Of a stretch of DNA of 64,000 bases, positions 48,244 to 56,834 are shown piece by piece. Origin of the DNA: an uncultured Flavobacteriaceae bacterium (lineage in GTDB: Bacteria > Bacteroidota > Bacteroidia > Flavobacteriales > Flavobacteriaceae); contig OX044364.1 of assembly GCA_943846735.1 (NCBI GenBank), positions 2,361,271-2,425,270 on the forward strand. Reading direction: 5' to 3'. How positions within the stretch are numbered: the first letter of the stretch is position 1; every line of letters begins with the position of its first letter. Below the pieces are notes generated by a model that saw only the letters and a list, made by a program, of their open reading frames with translations, ran no database searches and was not told the DNA's origin. A program made the translations under genes and the position numbers.

Positions 48244-48364
48244 AATTTACTCATATTATCTTGAAAAATCAACACTCTATTTAAATGTTAAAAGATTCAG
48301 TCGTACTTTAAATTTGAACTAAAGGTGTGGAAAAGTCAAAATCACATTAGTTCAACTTTTCATA
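48243..48364 (+). repeat. intergenic repeat element 2, copy 1
   Basis: CAATTTACTCATATTATCTTGAAAAATCAACACTCTATTTAAATGTTAAAAGATTCAGTCGTACTTTAAATTTGAACTAAAGGTGTGGAAAAGTCAAAATCACATTAGTT.. Near-identical to 50331..50435. Confidence 0.8.
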
Positions 48365-48487
48365 ATAAGAGTCAATATGTGATGAGTGTTAATTAAGTCT
48401 CTTGTTGTAAAAATTAATGTTCGATATTTCGAATGAGTTATCTGCTAAAACAATAAAACGGTTATACTATTATAGTGTAACCGTTTT
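48365..48487 (+). repeat. tRNA-flank-derived repeat, copy B (full length)
   Basis: ATAAGAGTCAATATGTGATGAGTGTTAATTAAGTCTCTTGTTGTAAAAATTAATGTTCGATATTTCGAATGAGTTATCTGCTAAAACAATAAAACGGTTATACTATTATAGTGTAACCGTTTT. Confidence 0.85.
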
Positions 48488-48507
48488 AATTCTTATGAAA
48501 CTTTGCG

Positions 48508-49047
48508 TTACATTAATTTACCTAGGAATACCTGTGCTTTGGAATTAAAAGGATTTCCGCTGGCTCTTCGATTTGAGGCGATTTGTCCTGTGTGCCAAAT
48601 AGCATCCGATAAAGGACCGTTGATCGCATTCCAAAATGGAAAAGACATACTTTGGCCACCGAAATTTATTTTTACAGAAACTTCAGAGATTTTAACCTCT
48701 TTCATTAGCATATCAGACATTTTTTTAAGATTTAGTAATGTCTCAGTTCTATACTCTGTAAAAGACATTTCATATTTAGTTTCTGTAGGATATTCTTTAT
48801 CTTGAAATGCAAAAATGACCATTTCTGTTAAGCCATATATATGTTGCAAAACATCTAATGAAGATCGACTATCATCACTAGGCTTGTATGAGAGGTCAAT
48901 ATCTCTTAGGCCGTCAGTGGCCCAGTAATATCTAAATCCTAACCCCTCAATCATTCGGTTGATTACTGTTTCAGTGGTGAAATTATCAGCATAGGGGCCT
49001 ATCTCAGAAAAAGGTAATGATTCATTGGTTTTTTCAGAATCTTTCAT
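48508..49047 (-). CDS. DinB-superfamily-like protein, putative
   Basis: 179-aa ORF with ..LQHIYGL.. and a C-terminal ..AIWHTGQIASNRR.. (H-x-GQ), as in DinB-like four-helix bundles. Confidence 0.4.
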   Translation of the reverse strand: MKDSEKTNESLPFSEIGPYADNFTTETVINRMIEGLGFRYYWATDGLRDIDLSYKPSDDSRSSLDVLQHIYGLTEMVIFAFQDKEYPTETKYEMSFTEYRTETLLNLKKMSDMLMKEVKISEVSVKINFGGQSMSFPFWNAINGPLSDAIWHTGQIASNRRASGNPFNSKAQVFLGKLM

Positions 49048-49184
49048 AATAAATAATTTAATTGTTTAAAGTTTTAATTATCAAAATAGACAGCTTATTA
49101 CATTATAAATATAATTGTTCTATTAGAACTTGCAAAACACAATTAATAATTTTATGTTTGATATAAATCAATATATCATAAATC

Positions 49185-49646
49185 ATGAAAAACATTTATT
49201 TAGCTTTAGTAAGTATTTTATTATTTGCCTCGTGTGGGCAAGAGCCAGCCAGTGAAATAGAAAATAAAATCAAAGTAGGATCTTTAGGTTTTCATGTATC
49301 ATTTGTAGTGCCGAACGATGCCACAGAAAGAATGGATCAGTTTATTGAGACACATGAACAGTTTATGCGCGAGACTCATCACTTATCTGGTGATCAAGAA
49401 CCCGTTGTTTTATCTTATTCTGTATTTAAGTCCCCAGAATTGAATAATCCTTTCGATCCTAATAGTGGTGAAACAGGAAACACACTTTATGGTTTAACAG
49501 AAATTTATAATGGCCCTGAAGGTGTTCAGGCTCATATGACTTTAGGTCAGCAACGTGAAGACATGTTTGCTGAATTAGTAGACTTAACAAACACATATAG
49601 TGTTGCAGGAATTCTCGGAGCACCTGTAATCGCGGCAATGGAATAA
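49185..49646 (+). CDS. hypothetical lipoprotein
   Basis: Lipobox ..LLFASCGQE. 153 aa; no family recognised. Confidence 0.5.
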   Translation: MKNIYLALVSILLFASCGQEPASEIENKIKVGSLGFHVSFVVPNDATERMDQFIETHEQFMRETHHLSGDQEPVVLSYSVFKSPELNNPFDPNSGETGNTLYGLTEIYNGPEGVQAHMTLGQQREDMFAELVDLTNTYSVAGILGAPVIAAME

Positions 49647-49752
49647 TTAAAACTTATTTTAATTTATCAAATTATTTAGCTGTGCTGCAACTTTAAATAT
49701 TAGTAGTTGTAGACCGCATCTACAAGCTATTTTTAACTTTAAATAAATAAAA

Positions 49753-50016
49753 ATGAATTTAGTAATTAAAGGGAAATGCACGTCAAGTTATGACGCGGTA
49801 TATAAAGACTTTATTGAATTGTCAGAAACAAGAGCACAATGTTGTGATGAATCCAAGACAACAATTAGTAAAATAGACAACAATAATTTTGTTGTTCTAT
49901 TGTTTGATGTTGACATGAGTAAATTGAAAGAAATATTATCTACTCCTGAAAGAGCTGAAGTAATTAAAAAGAACGGTATTTCAAATGAAATGTTTCAATT
50001 TTCGTCTTTGGGATAG
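49753..50016 (+). CDS. hypothetical protein (87 aa)
   Basis: ORF only; no motif recognised. Confidence 0.3.
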   Translation: MNLVIKGKCTSSYDAVYKDFIELSETRAQCCDESKTTISKIDNNNFVVLLFDVDMSKLKEILSTPERAEVIKKNGISNEMFQFSSLG

Positions 50017-50119
50017 GGGCGTAAATAAATATGTTTAGATATTTGGAATCCCCCACTAATTTTAACAAACTAGCACCATAAAACATACCTACAAAATTAG
50101 TTGGTGTCTAAAAAATATT

Positions 50120-50326
50120 TTAGGCAACGTAATGAGTATCTGTAATCACTACTTCTGCTTCAGTTACTCCACTTGCATCAACCTAAGTTAAAACTGCATT
50201 ATACTGGTCTTGTTGAAGGACCATGTGATTCGAAAAAATTTGAGCAACACTGAATTCAATTTTAGGAGTGCCACATCCATACATTAAAATTAGTCCAATG
50301 TATAAGTAAATTAGTATTCGATTCAT
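50120..50326 (-). pseudogene. N-terminal remnant of a lipoprotein gene (in-frame TAG, premature end)
   Basis: Minus strand reads MNRILIYLYIGLILMYGCGTPKIEFSVAQIFSNHMVLQQDQYNAVLT*VDASGVTEAEVVITDTHYVA*. It has a lipobox plus F-S-x-H-M-V-L-Q, as in SGNH/sialate-O-acetylesterase-type N-termini. It starts right next to repeat element 2, copy 2. Confidence 0.4.
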
Positions 50327-50330
50327 AAGG

Positions 50331-50463
50331 CAATTTACTCAGATATTGTTAAAAATCAACATTCTATTTAAATGTTAAAAAATTCAGTCGTACTTTAAAA
50401 TTTAATTAACGGTGTGGGAAAGCAAAATCACATTAGTTATACTCTCATAATGTAGCCGTTTTT
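50331..50463 (+). repeat. repeat element 2 copy 2 fused to a deletion derivative of the tRNA-flank repeat (copy G)
   Basis: CAATTTACTCAGATATTGTTAAAAATCAACATTCTATTTAAATGTTAAAAAATTCAGTCGTACTTTAAAATTTAATTAACGGTGTGGGAAAGCAAAATCACATTAGTTATACTCTCATAATGTAGCCGTTTTT. The junction CATAAT|GTAGCCG suggests loss of the 5' arm by deletion at ATAA microhomology. Confidence 0.75.
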
Positions 50464-50514
50464 ATTTGTAATGAGCAGAGTAGATGACGTTTTCTAAATG
50501 CAAAACTTTAGTTA

Positions 50515-50733
50515 TTACTTTCTTTTTTTTAACCATAAAAGAAACTTTCTGAATAAAGGAACTAAAGGAACTATTGTAAGTATAACAGCAAATATTCCAA
50601 CGGCCTGTATAGGTATCCCAGTAAATCCCTCGATTTCCTCTGCTTCACTTGCTATTATCAAACCAACAATTGTAAAGATTAGAGGGTTTTGTTTTAACTG
50701 TTCAACGAACGTTAAATGTGGTTTATTTGCCAT
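50515..50733 (-). CDS. small two-TM membrane protein (72 aa)
   Basis: MANKPHLTFVEQLKQNPLIFTIVGLIIASEAEEIEGFTGIPIQAVGIFAVILTIVPLVPLFRKFLLWLKKRK has two hydrophobic helices and a basic tail. It is preferred over the overlapping plus-strand ORF. Confidence 0.45.
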   Translation of the reverse strand: MANKPHLTFVEQLKQNPLIFTIVGLIIASEAEEIEGFTGIPIQAVGIFAVILTIVPLVPLFRKFLLWLKKRK

Positions 50734-50805
50734 TTTAATTTATTTTTTTAATGAATATACCAAACCTAAACCATGTTTCATATTATACAGACTAAAATCT
50801 GAATA

Positions 50806-50884
50806 ATAAGATTCATTAAATTATTAAGTGTTGATTAAGTCTCTTGGAGTAAAACTCATGCTCGATATTTCGAAAGAGTTATCT
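50806..50884 (+). repeat. tRNA-flank-derived repeat, copy D (5' arm only, no terminator)
   Basis: ATAAGATTCATTAAATTATTAAGTGTTGATTAAGTCTCTTGGAGTAAAACTCATGCTCGATATTTCGAAAGAGTTATCT. Confidence 0.7.
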
Positions 50885-51080
50885 CATGCCCACGGCGAAT
50901 TTGTATTTTTACTGGTCCGTTATTTATTTTTACCGTCTCAACGTATTGTAAATGAATGAATGAATTGAAATATAGGATGAGGTCTTGATATTTGATTTGT
51001 GTTTGGATAATTTTATACAATTTTATATTATTGCATTTTACAATGTATTAAAACTCCAACAACCAGCTAATTATTTAACT

Positions 51081-51767
51081 ATGAAAACTTATTTAAAACT
51101 ATTCCCATTATTATTCTTATTTCTTGTTGCTTGTAATTCAAGTGATGACTCATACAGCGGCATCGCTTGGGATGAAGAGGTTGATGGCGAACTCTCAGGT
51201 GATTTGTTAAGCCCTTCATTTGTGTCTTTACAAGTTGGAGATAATAGAATTATTGGTAGTTCTACACCAGCTGAAGGTGCTATGTGTACCACCTTCGAAG
51301 GAGGGCCTCCAGTACCAATTATCCCTTATTTTCCAAATCATGAGTCATATGTTGATGTTTTTTCTTTTAATCTTTCCGAGAACGAACGTTTAGTTTCGAT
51401 TACCGTAGAGAGTCTTGATGTGAGTCCTTTTCATAATTTCGAAGATTTCCCATGTATTGGAAGTTTTGAAGAACAAAATGGAGCTTTTGTAGCGATTAAT
51501 AACAGTGATAAAATTGATTGGAATTCTGATAATGTTATTAATTTTATTTCATTACCAGTGACCTACCCACTTATTGGGATAGGCTTTGCTAAATCTGTTA
51601 ATGAAAATATATTGAACAGTTTTCGTCAAGATTTCCCACTGCCAGGTTACGAAGGGGTAAATAATGAAAACCTTGATATTAGCAATGGAACGTATACATT
51701 CTGGTGGAAAGAAGGAGCTAACAATGCAGACTATACCTTAAATTTCGTTGTTGAAAAAATTAATTAG
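51081..51767 (+). CDS. hypothetical lipoprotein (228 aa)
   Basis: MKTYLKLFPLLFLFLVACNSSDD lipobox at the internal ATG 51081. The upstream part of the 50985 ORF is not coding-like. Confidence 0.55.
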   Translation: MKTYLKLFPLLFLFLVACNSSDDSYSGIAWDEEVDGELSGDLLSPSFVSLQVGDNRIIGSSTPAEGAMCTTFEGGPPVPIIPYFPNHESYVDVFSFNLSENERLVSITVESLDVSPFHNFEDFPCIGSFEEQNGAFVAINNSDKIDWNSDNVINFISLPVTYPLIGIGFAKSVNENILNSFRQDFPLPGYEGVNNENLDISNGTYTFWWKEGANNADYTLNFVVEKIN

Positions 51768-51865
51768 TTTATATTTTTGTAAGTCAGAGAACTTTTTGAT
51801 TTTGAATATTTAACTCAGGTTTTGATTGATACTAAACCAGTACGATTAGCCCCTTGTGAAATAAA

Positions 51866-51928
51866 TCCAGTTCCCCATATTAAAACAATTAAACGGTTAT
51901 ACTTTTGTAAAGTGTAACCGTTTTTTTT
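51866..51928 (+). repeat. direct repeat of the tRNA 3' end plus terminator, copy E (candidate distal att-like boundary)
   Basis: TCCAGTTCCCCATATTAAAACAATTAAACGGTTATACTTTTGTAAAGTGTAACCGTTTTTTTT, compared with the tRNA end/flank TCCAGTTCCCGCTACTAAAACAATAAAACGGTTATACTATTATAGTGTAACCGTTTTT. Confidence 0.75.
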
Positions 51929-51960
51929 CTTATTTCGAGTGGATGATAATTTATAATTGT

Positions 51961-52010
51961 AAAGCTTCAGTTACTTCCTTTTTTTAACCACACCGATAAC
52001 TTTCTGATTT
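51961..52010 (-). pseudogene. 3'-end remnant of a paralog of the 50515..50733 small membrane protein
   Basis: AAAGCTTCAGTTACTTCCTTTTTTTAACCACACCGATAACTTTCTGA aligns with 50503-50553 (AAAACTTTAGTTATTACTTTCTTTTTTTTAACCATAAAAGAAACTTTCTGA). The minus frame ..QKVIGVVKKRK* matches ..RKFLLWLKKRK*. Confidence 0.4.
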
Positions 52011-52340
52011 ACTGTAAGATTTATTTGATAAGTGCAGCGTACACTCTTGTTAAAAGATGTTTCTTAATTAATAGTAGAATTATTTTTAGGGGATACTGCA
52101 ATTTCCCTTAAATGATGTTATGGCCAAAAAAATACTTTTGGTTTTTAATATTTCCGTCTACGTAATTTTTTGAGCTAAAAACTGACTATTTATCAAAGAA
52201 ATGTAAGAAATATTAAATTATTCGAAATAACTGATTGTTTCGGTGAAAGGTCATATGCACACGTTGAACATGCTATAATCGTGAAAATAAGTATAAATTT
52301 TGAGATTTTTTTTTTATATTTGCATACTCCCTCATCCTTA

Positions 52341-52793
52341 ATGAATACGATCACTATGACAGCTAGACAACATTTTGTAGAAAAAATCAATATCCTTAAT
52401 CGCTTAAATTATGTTTTTATCATAGTCGGTGCGCTTGAGATATTAGTTTTTGCGGTAATGCAAAAACCTTTGCTCATGGTTTTGGGTATAGCAACGTTTA
52501 TTCTTGCAATGATCTCCGTGAAAGAGCGAAAAATGAAATTAAATTATTTTACAGGGCTTTTGGCCGTCCTTAAGTACAATCCTTTAAGTCTTGCTCTTTT
52601 TTGGCCATTGTTTATGGATTTCTTTTCCTTGCACATGGCTCATGTGTCAACGGGGAAAATTGTATTTCTATGTTGGTTGTTATTGGCATTTATAACGGTC
52701 GTTTGTGGTGTATTCTTAATATTGAAAACGTTTAGTCTTTCCAAGTTTAAAGTTTTCCAATCTACATTAATTTCAATGCAAACATTGAAGTGA
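52341..52793 (+). CDS. hypothetical membrane protein (~150 aa, 4 TM)
   Basis: Internal ATG 52341 (MNTITMTARQHF..) followed by four hydrophobic helices. Confidence 0.45.
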   Translation: MNTITMTARQHFVEKINILNRLNYVFIIVGALEILVFAVMQKPLLMVLGIATFILAMISVKERKMKLNYFTGLLAVLKYNPLSLALFWPLFMDFFSLHMAHVSTGKIVFLCWLLLAFITVVCGVFLILKTFSLSKFKVFQSTLISMQTLK

Positions 52794-53022
52794 TTTTTTC
52801 TTTTCTCAAAGAAGTTAAATTTAGTTTTATATAGATTTTTACCGGCTGTAACGTAGCTTTGTTAACTCTCTGTCGTAGTTCGTTATCTTTTTTGGTCTCT
52901 TGTACTATAAATAAAAGATATACTAAATTTTGGTAACTTGCTTTTTTAAATTAAATTCAAACTAAATTTTTGGTTTATATGAATTTAACTACGAAGATAC
53001 CCCTCAAAAATAGTTTTGATTG

Positions 53023-53934
53023 ATGATGAAATTACCTTTTATATTGATTATAATTCTTTCTCCTGTATTGTCTTTTGGACAATTGGATGCGTCTTTTGAT
53101 CCTTCAAATAACATCAATTACGTTGATATTTTTGAATCTAATGCCACCTTTTATGTAAAGAATGATTCAACATTAGTTAACGGTTGCGTTGTTCAGTACA
53201 ACAAAAAAGGTCAGGCCAAACGGTACATCATTATAACTAACGGTAAGCCACAGGGAGTCAGTTGGACGACATTAAATAAACAACAAAAAAAAACAAAAGG
53301 CTCTTTAATTGGAACAGTACTTACTGGCGCAGCCGTATTAGCAGGATCCTTCGCTTCAGAGTCCACTAATAACGATGCAAGAGTTTATAATGGTCTTGAC
53401 GACAATGATATTGATTATGCAGTTGTCTACAAGGACATGTCAGATAGAAATGATATCATACAATCTTTATCGGTTCAGAATACCCAAAATGTGACGAATC
53501 CAGAGAAATTAAATAAGAGTATTGTTTACCAATCAGAAGGAGATTCGATTAATGGAAAAAAAGAGGGTGAGTGGTCTACTTATTACCGGAATGGGGCTTT
53601 AAAAAATAAGGGCAAGTACCTAAATGATTATAAAATTGGAGTTTGGACAGACTACTATGATACTGGAGAATTAGAAAAAGAAATACGTTTTCAGTTAGGT
53701 AAAAAGCACGGTCGTACCAAAATATTTTACAAAAATGGAACAATAAAGGCATTACTTAATTATAAGGAAGGAAAAGAAGACGGTGTTAGTGAATACTTTG
53801 ATCAAGACGGTCATCTGCAAATGAAAGCATATTATAAGAACGGAAAAGAAGATGGAGCACTCGAATACTATGATAAAGGTGAACTTGTAAACATCGAGTT
53901 TTGGCAAAATGGTATTTTGGTTGATAAAAATTAA
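53023..53934 (+). CDS. secreted MORN-variant repeat protein (YwqK-like repeats)
   Basis: Signal peptide MMKLPFILIIILSPVLSFGQ. C-terminal repeats GKKEGEWSTYYRNG.., YKIGVWTDYYDTG.., GKKHGRTKIFYKNG.., GKEDGVSEYFDQDG.., GKEDGALEYYDKG.. Confidence 0.65.
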   Translation: MMKLPFILIIILSPVLSFGQLDASFDPSNNINYVDIFESNATFYVKNDSTLVNGCVVQYNKKGQAKRYIIITNGKPQGVSWTTLNKQQKKTKGSLIGTVLTGAAVLAGSFASESTNNDARVYNGLDDNDIDYAVVYKDMSDRNDIIQSLSVQNTQNVTNPEKLNKSIVYQSEGDSINGKKEGEWSTYYRNGALKNKGKYLNDYKIGVWTDYYDTGELEKEIRFQLGKKHGRTKIFYKNGTIKALLNYKEGKEDGVSEYFDQDGHLQMKAYYKNGKEDGALEYYDKGELVNIEFWQNGILVDKN

Positions 53935-53988
53935 GGTAAAGTTTTATTTGTGGTAAATTTATTTTAAAGAAGCTGTTTAAATTTAAAT

Positions 53989-55551
53989 ATGATTAAATAC
54001 CCTTCCATATTTAATGACGTTATTGGTCCGGTCATGCGTGGTCCGTCAAGTTCACATACAGCGGCTTCTTGGAGAGCTGCTAGAATGAGTATGGACATCC
54101 TAAAAGAGCCATTAAAAACAGCGATAATTGATTTTGATAAAAATGGAGCGTGGGCTCCAAATTATAGGGAACAAGGAACTACTTTAGGGATTGACGGTGG
54201 ATTATTAGGCATCGAAATGTCTGATGACAGAATGAAAGATACAGCTAAAATTGCCCATCAAATGGGAGTTTCCATTCATTATGAAATAAATTCTTTCCAA
54301 ACAACACATATAAATACAGTTCGATTAAATCTTACAGGGGTACATGGTACTTCAATTGAAATTTTAGCGGCTTCTTTAGGAGGAGGTTCGGTAGAAATTA
54401 GAAAGTACAATGGTTTTGACGTCAAGTTATGCGGTGACTATCATGAAGTTTTAATCATGACGCATGTGACTTTTGATGGTGCGGAAAAAATAAAGTCACT
54501 CTTTCCAAATTTAAGGTCATTATCTGAATCTGTCTTAAACAATGAGAAACTTTACAACGTAAAATTATCTAAGAGAGTTTCTAAAACAGTATTGCGTGAT
54601 TTAGAGAAAATGGTAGATTTTCAAAAAATCATTTCTGTGAATCCGGTGGTACCGGTGATATCTGGCAATGAAACAACCTTACCATTTACGAGTATTGAAT
54701 CCATGCTGAATTATGCGGAGGAAAATAAGTTAGATTTAGGCGCTGTCGGATTATTATATGAAAAATATCAGAGTGGGCTAGAAGAATCAGAAGTACAAGA
54801 AATGATGACTGGTGTTGTGTCGCTTATTGAAAATAGCATCAAAATAGGACTCTCTGGCACCATCTACAAAGATCGTATTTTACCGCAGCAATCACATTTT
54901 ATTGAACAAGCTGAGACAAGTGGCAAGATTCTTCAAAATTCTGTTGTAAACCATGTCATTGCTTATGTGTCGGCAATTATGGAATCAAAAAGTGCCATGG
55001 AAGTTGTTGTAGCAAATCCAACAGCAGGATCATGTGGTGCTGTTGGAGGTGTGTTAAGGGCCGTTGCTGACAATATAGAAGCGTCTTTCAATGACATCAT
55101 TCGTGCCTATTTTGCAGCGGGGTTAATTGGGGTTTATTTTGCCAAAGGACCAGGATTCTCTGCTGAGGAACATGGGTGTCAGGTCGAATGTGGTGCATCA
55201 GCTGGAATGGCTGCTGCCGGAATTGTGCAATTGTTTGGTGGTTCTGCTCGTGAGGCGGTTGACGCTGCTTCCTTAGCAATACAGAATATGATAGGTCTTG
55301 TTTGTGATCCTATTGCTGATCGTGTTGAAGCACCTTGCTTGGGGAAAAATGTAAGTGCCGCAATGAATGCTTTATCATCTGCAACGATGGTACGCGCTGG
55401 ATACAATGCGTTAATCCCTTTAAATGAAGTCATTGAAACAGTTTCTTCCGTGAGTGCTCAAATGCCAACGTGTGTGAAATGTACCGGTAAAGGAGGTTTG
55501 GCCATAACAAAAACAGCGTGTGCCATAAAATCACAATTATCGCAGCATTAA
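53989..55551 (+). CDS. sdaA: L-serine ammonia-lyase (iron-sulfur dependent, single-chain form)
   Basis: ..SIFNDVIGPVMRGPSSSHTAAS.., ..NPTAGSCGAVGG.., ..EHGCQVECGASAGMAAA.., ..IGLVCDPIADRVEAPCLGKN.. Confidence 0.8.
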   Translation: MIKYPSIFNDVIGPVMRGPSSSHTAASWRAARMSMDILKEPLKTAIIDFDKNGAWAPNYREQGTTLGIDGGLLGIEMSDDRMKDTAKIAHQMGVSIHYEINSFQTTHINTVRLNLTGVHGTSIEILAASLGGGSVEIRKYNGFDVKLCGDYHEVLIMTHVTFDGAEKIKSLFPNLRSLSESVLNNEKLYNVKLSKRVSKTVLRDLEKMVDFQKIISVNPVVPVISGNETTLPFTSIESMLNYAEENKLDLGAVGLLYEKYQSGLEESEVQEMMTGVVSLIENSIKIGLSGTIYKDRILPQQSHFIEQAETSGKILQNSVVNHVIAYVSAIMESKSAMEVVVANPTAGSCGAVGGVLRAVADNIEASFNDIIRAYFAAGLIGVYFAKGPGFSAEEHGCQVECGASAGMAAAGIVQLFGGSAREAVDAASLAIQNMIGLVCDPIADRVEAPCLGKNVSAAMNALSSATMVRAGYNALIPLNEVIETVSSVSAQMPTCVKCTGKGGLAITKTACAIKSQLSQH

Positions 55552-55621
55552 TATTACCAAGAAACAGCATTTTTATTCTTAAAATAATGGTAATACATTC
55601 CAAATCTGAGGCATAAATCGT

Positions 55622-55629
55622 TATATTTG
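55622..55629 (+). promoter_or_regulatory. candidate -7 promoter box TATATTTG upstream of moeA
   Basis: TAnnTTTG match 20 nt before the moeA ATG. No clear -33 TTTG partner. Confidence 0.3.
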
Positions 55630-55648
55630 TAGACACATAGCGCATCTC

Positions 55649-56830
55649 ATGATAACGGTTGAAAAAGCAATTCAAATAATTTCTCAAAATATTAAGCAAT
55701 CCTCCTGTTTTGAGGAGGTTAATGTGTCTGAAGCAAGAAATCAAGTATTATTCGAAGACATAAAATCACCAATGGATATGCCGCCATTCAGGCAATCTGC
55801 AATGGATGGTTATGCTTTAAATTTACATGACATCAAGCAATATGAATTAAGGGGTGAGATACAAGCAGGAGATGAGGCTCATCCAGTTTTGAAAAAGGGA
55901 GAAGCATTCAGGATATTTACAGGGGCACCTGTTCCTGATTCTGCAAATGCTATTATTATGCAGGAGAAAACGTCTCAAATGAATAGTGGTGTTCTTGTAC
56001 ATTCTCAGCCATTGAAATCTCATAACATTCGAGAAATTGGTGAACAAATAAAAAAGGGTCAGGTTGCTCTACCTCAAGGAACTAAATTAAATACGGCATC
56101 AATTGCGTTTTTAACAACCTTGGGAATAATCAAGGTGAAGGTTTATAAACAACCAAAGATTGCAATTGTTGTGACAGGTAATGAATTAATTGAAGCAGGA
56201 CATTCATTGATGCGTGGACAAATTTATGAAAGTAATGCGGTCATGCTCATCAACGGCTTGGAGCAATTGGGTTTTAAGAATATTAAAAAATACAAAGTTG
56301 TTGATAATTATGATAAAACCTTGACACTTTTAAAAAGAGTGATTTCAGAGAATAACGTTGTTTTAATATCGGGAGGTATTTCTGTTGGAGATTATGATTA
56401 TGTGGGAAAAACCCTTGTTGAAATGAACGTTCAACAACTATTTTATAAGGTAAAACAAAAACCTGGCAAACCATTATTTTTCGGCATGAAAAAAGACACT
56501 GTCGTTTTTGCACTTCCCGGTAATCCGGCAGCTTCACTGACATGTTTTTATGTCTATGTGCGTTATGCGTTGGAGCTGCTTTTAGGAAATTTGAACTATT
56601 CTGTAAGTAAGACTATGGCTTTAACAACCTCCAATTTCACAAAAAAAGGGGATAGAGCACAATTTTTAAAAGCGGTTTACAAGAATGGCTCTGTTGAGAT
56701 ATTGGATGGGCAGAGCTCCTCGATGTTACACACTTTTGCAATGTCCAATGCCTTGTGTTATATCTCAGAAAAAGGGACATCAATAAAATCTGGTGATTTG
56801 GTGGAAACCATTTTACTTCCAATAACTTAA
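55649..56830 (+). CDS. moeA: molybdopterin molybdenumtransferase MoeA
   Basis: ..SPMDMPPFRQSAMDGYAL.., ..ISGGISVGDYDYV.., ..FALPGNPAASL.. Confidence 0.85.
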   Translation: MITVEKAIQIISQNIKQSSCFEEVNVSEARNQVLFEDIKSPMDMPPFRQSAMDGYALNLHDIKQYELRGEIQAGDEAHPVLKKGEAFRIFTGAPVPDSANAIIMQEKTSQMNSGVLVHSQPLKSHNIREIGEQIKKGQVALPQGTKLNTASIAFLTTLGIIKVKVYKQPKIAIVVTGNELIEAGHSLMRGQIYESNAVMLINGLEQLGFKNIKKYKVVDNYDKTLTLLKRVISENNVVLISGGISVGDYDYVGKTLVEMNVQQLFYKVKQKPGKPLFFGMKKDTVVFALPGNPAASLTCFYVYVRYALELLLGNLNYSVSKTMALTTSNFTKKGDRAQFLKAVYKNGSVEILDGQSSSMLHTFAMSNALCYISEKGTSIKSGDLVETILLPIT

Positions 56831-56834
56831 AACA

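Noticed and set aside
41608-48392. Hammerhead-ribozyme-like GAUGAG (plus a downstream CGAA) or a structured sRNA/tRNA-like fold in the 5' arm of the repeat
   Set aside because: The essential C of CUGAUGA is missing and copy D lacks the box. Candidate stems (AGATAA/TTATCT, AGTCT/AGACT) occur in single copies only, with no covariation. No cloverleaf can be drawn.
48064-50326. In-frame TAG codons at positions where Trp is expected (SusE/F-like remnant, and possibly the lipoprotein remnant and the 1-345 fragment) as evidence of stop-codon recoding
   Set aside because: TAG terminates well-formed genes in the same window (e.g. at 9340, 12036, 35417). The affected frames are truncated fragments with other lesions. 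Simple TGG-to-TAG decay in pseudogenes is the economical explanation.
50498-50806. Plus-strand 102-aa ORF overlapping the 72-aa membrane-protein ORF
   Set aside because: The minus-strand product has a clean two-helix membrane topology with a basic tail, and a decayed paralogous tail exists at 51961-52010. The plus-strand product is compositionally odd.
38704-51928. Integron-like cassette array with attC sites
   Set aside because: The hairpin arms (GGTTATAC / GTGTAACC) do not fit the RYYYAAC/GTTRRRY attC core. Cassette genes are in both orientations, some segments hold multi-gene operons, and no intI-like gene or attI is present.
52193-52390. 65-aa minus-strand ORF in the 51.8-52.3 kb gap
   Set aside because: It overlaps the start of the plus-strand membrane protein, has no motif, and its AT-rich context gives spurious ORFs.
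55552-55648. Moco riboswitch upstream of moeA
   Set aside because: The gap is only 97 nt and has to hold the promoter box at 55622-55629. I could not draw the long multi-stem Moco RNA motif in it.
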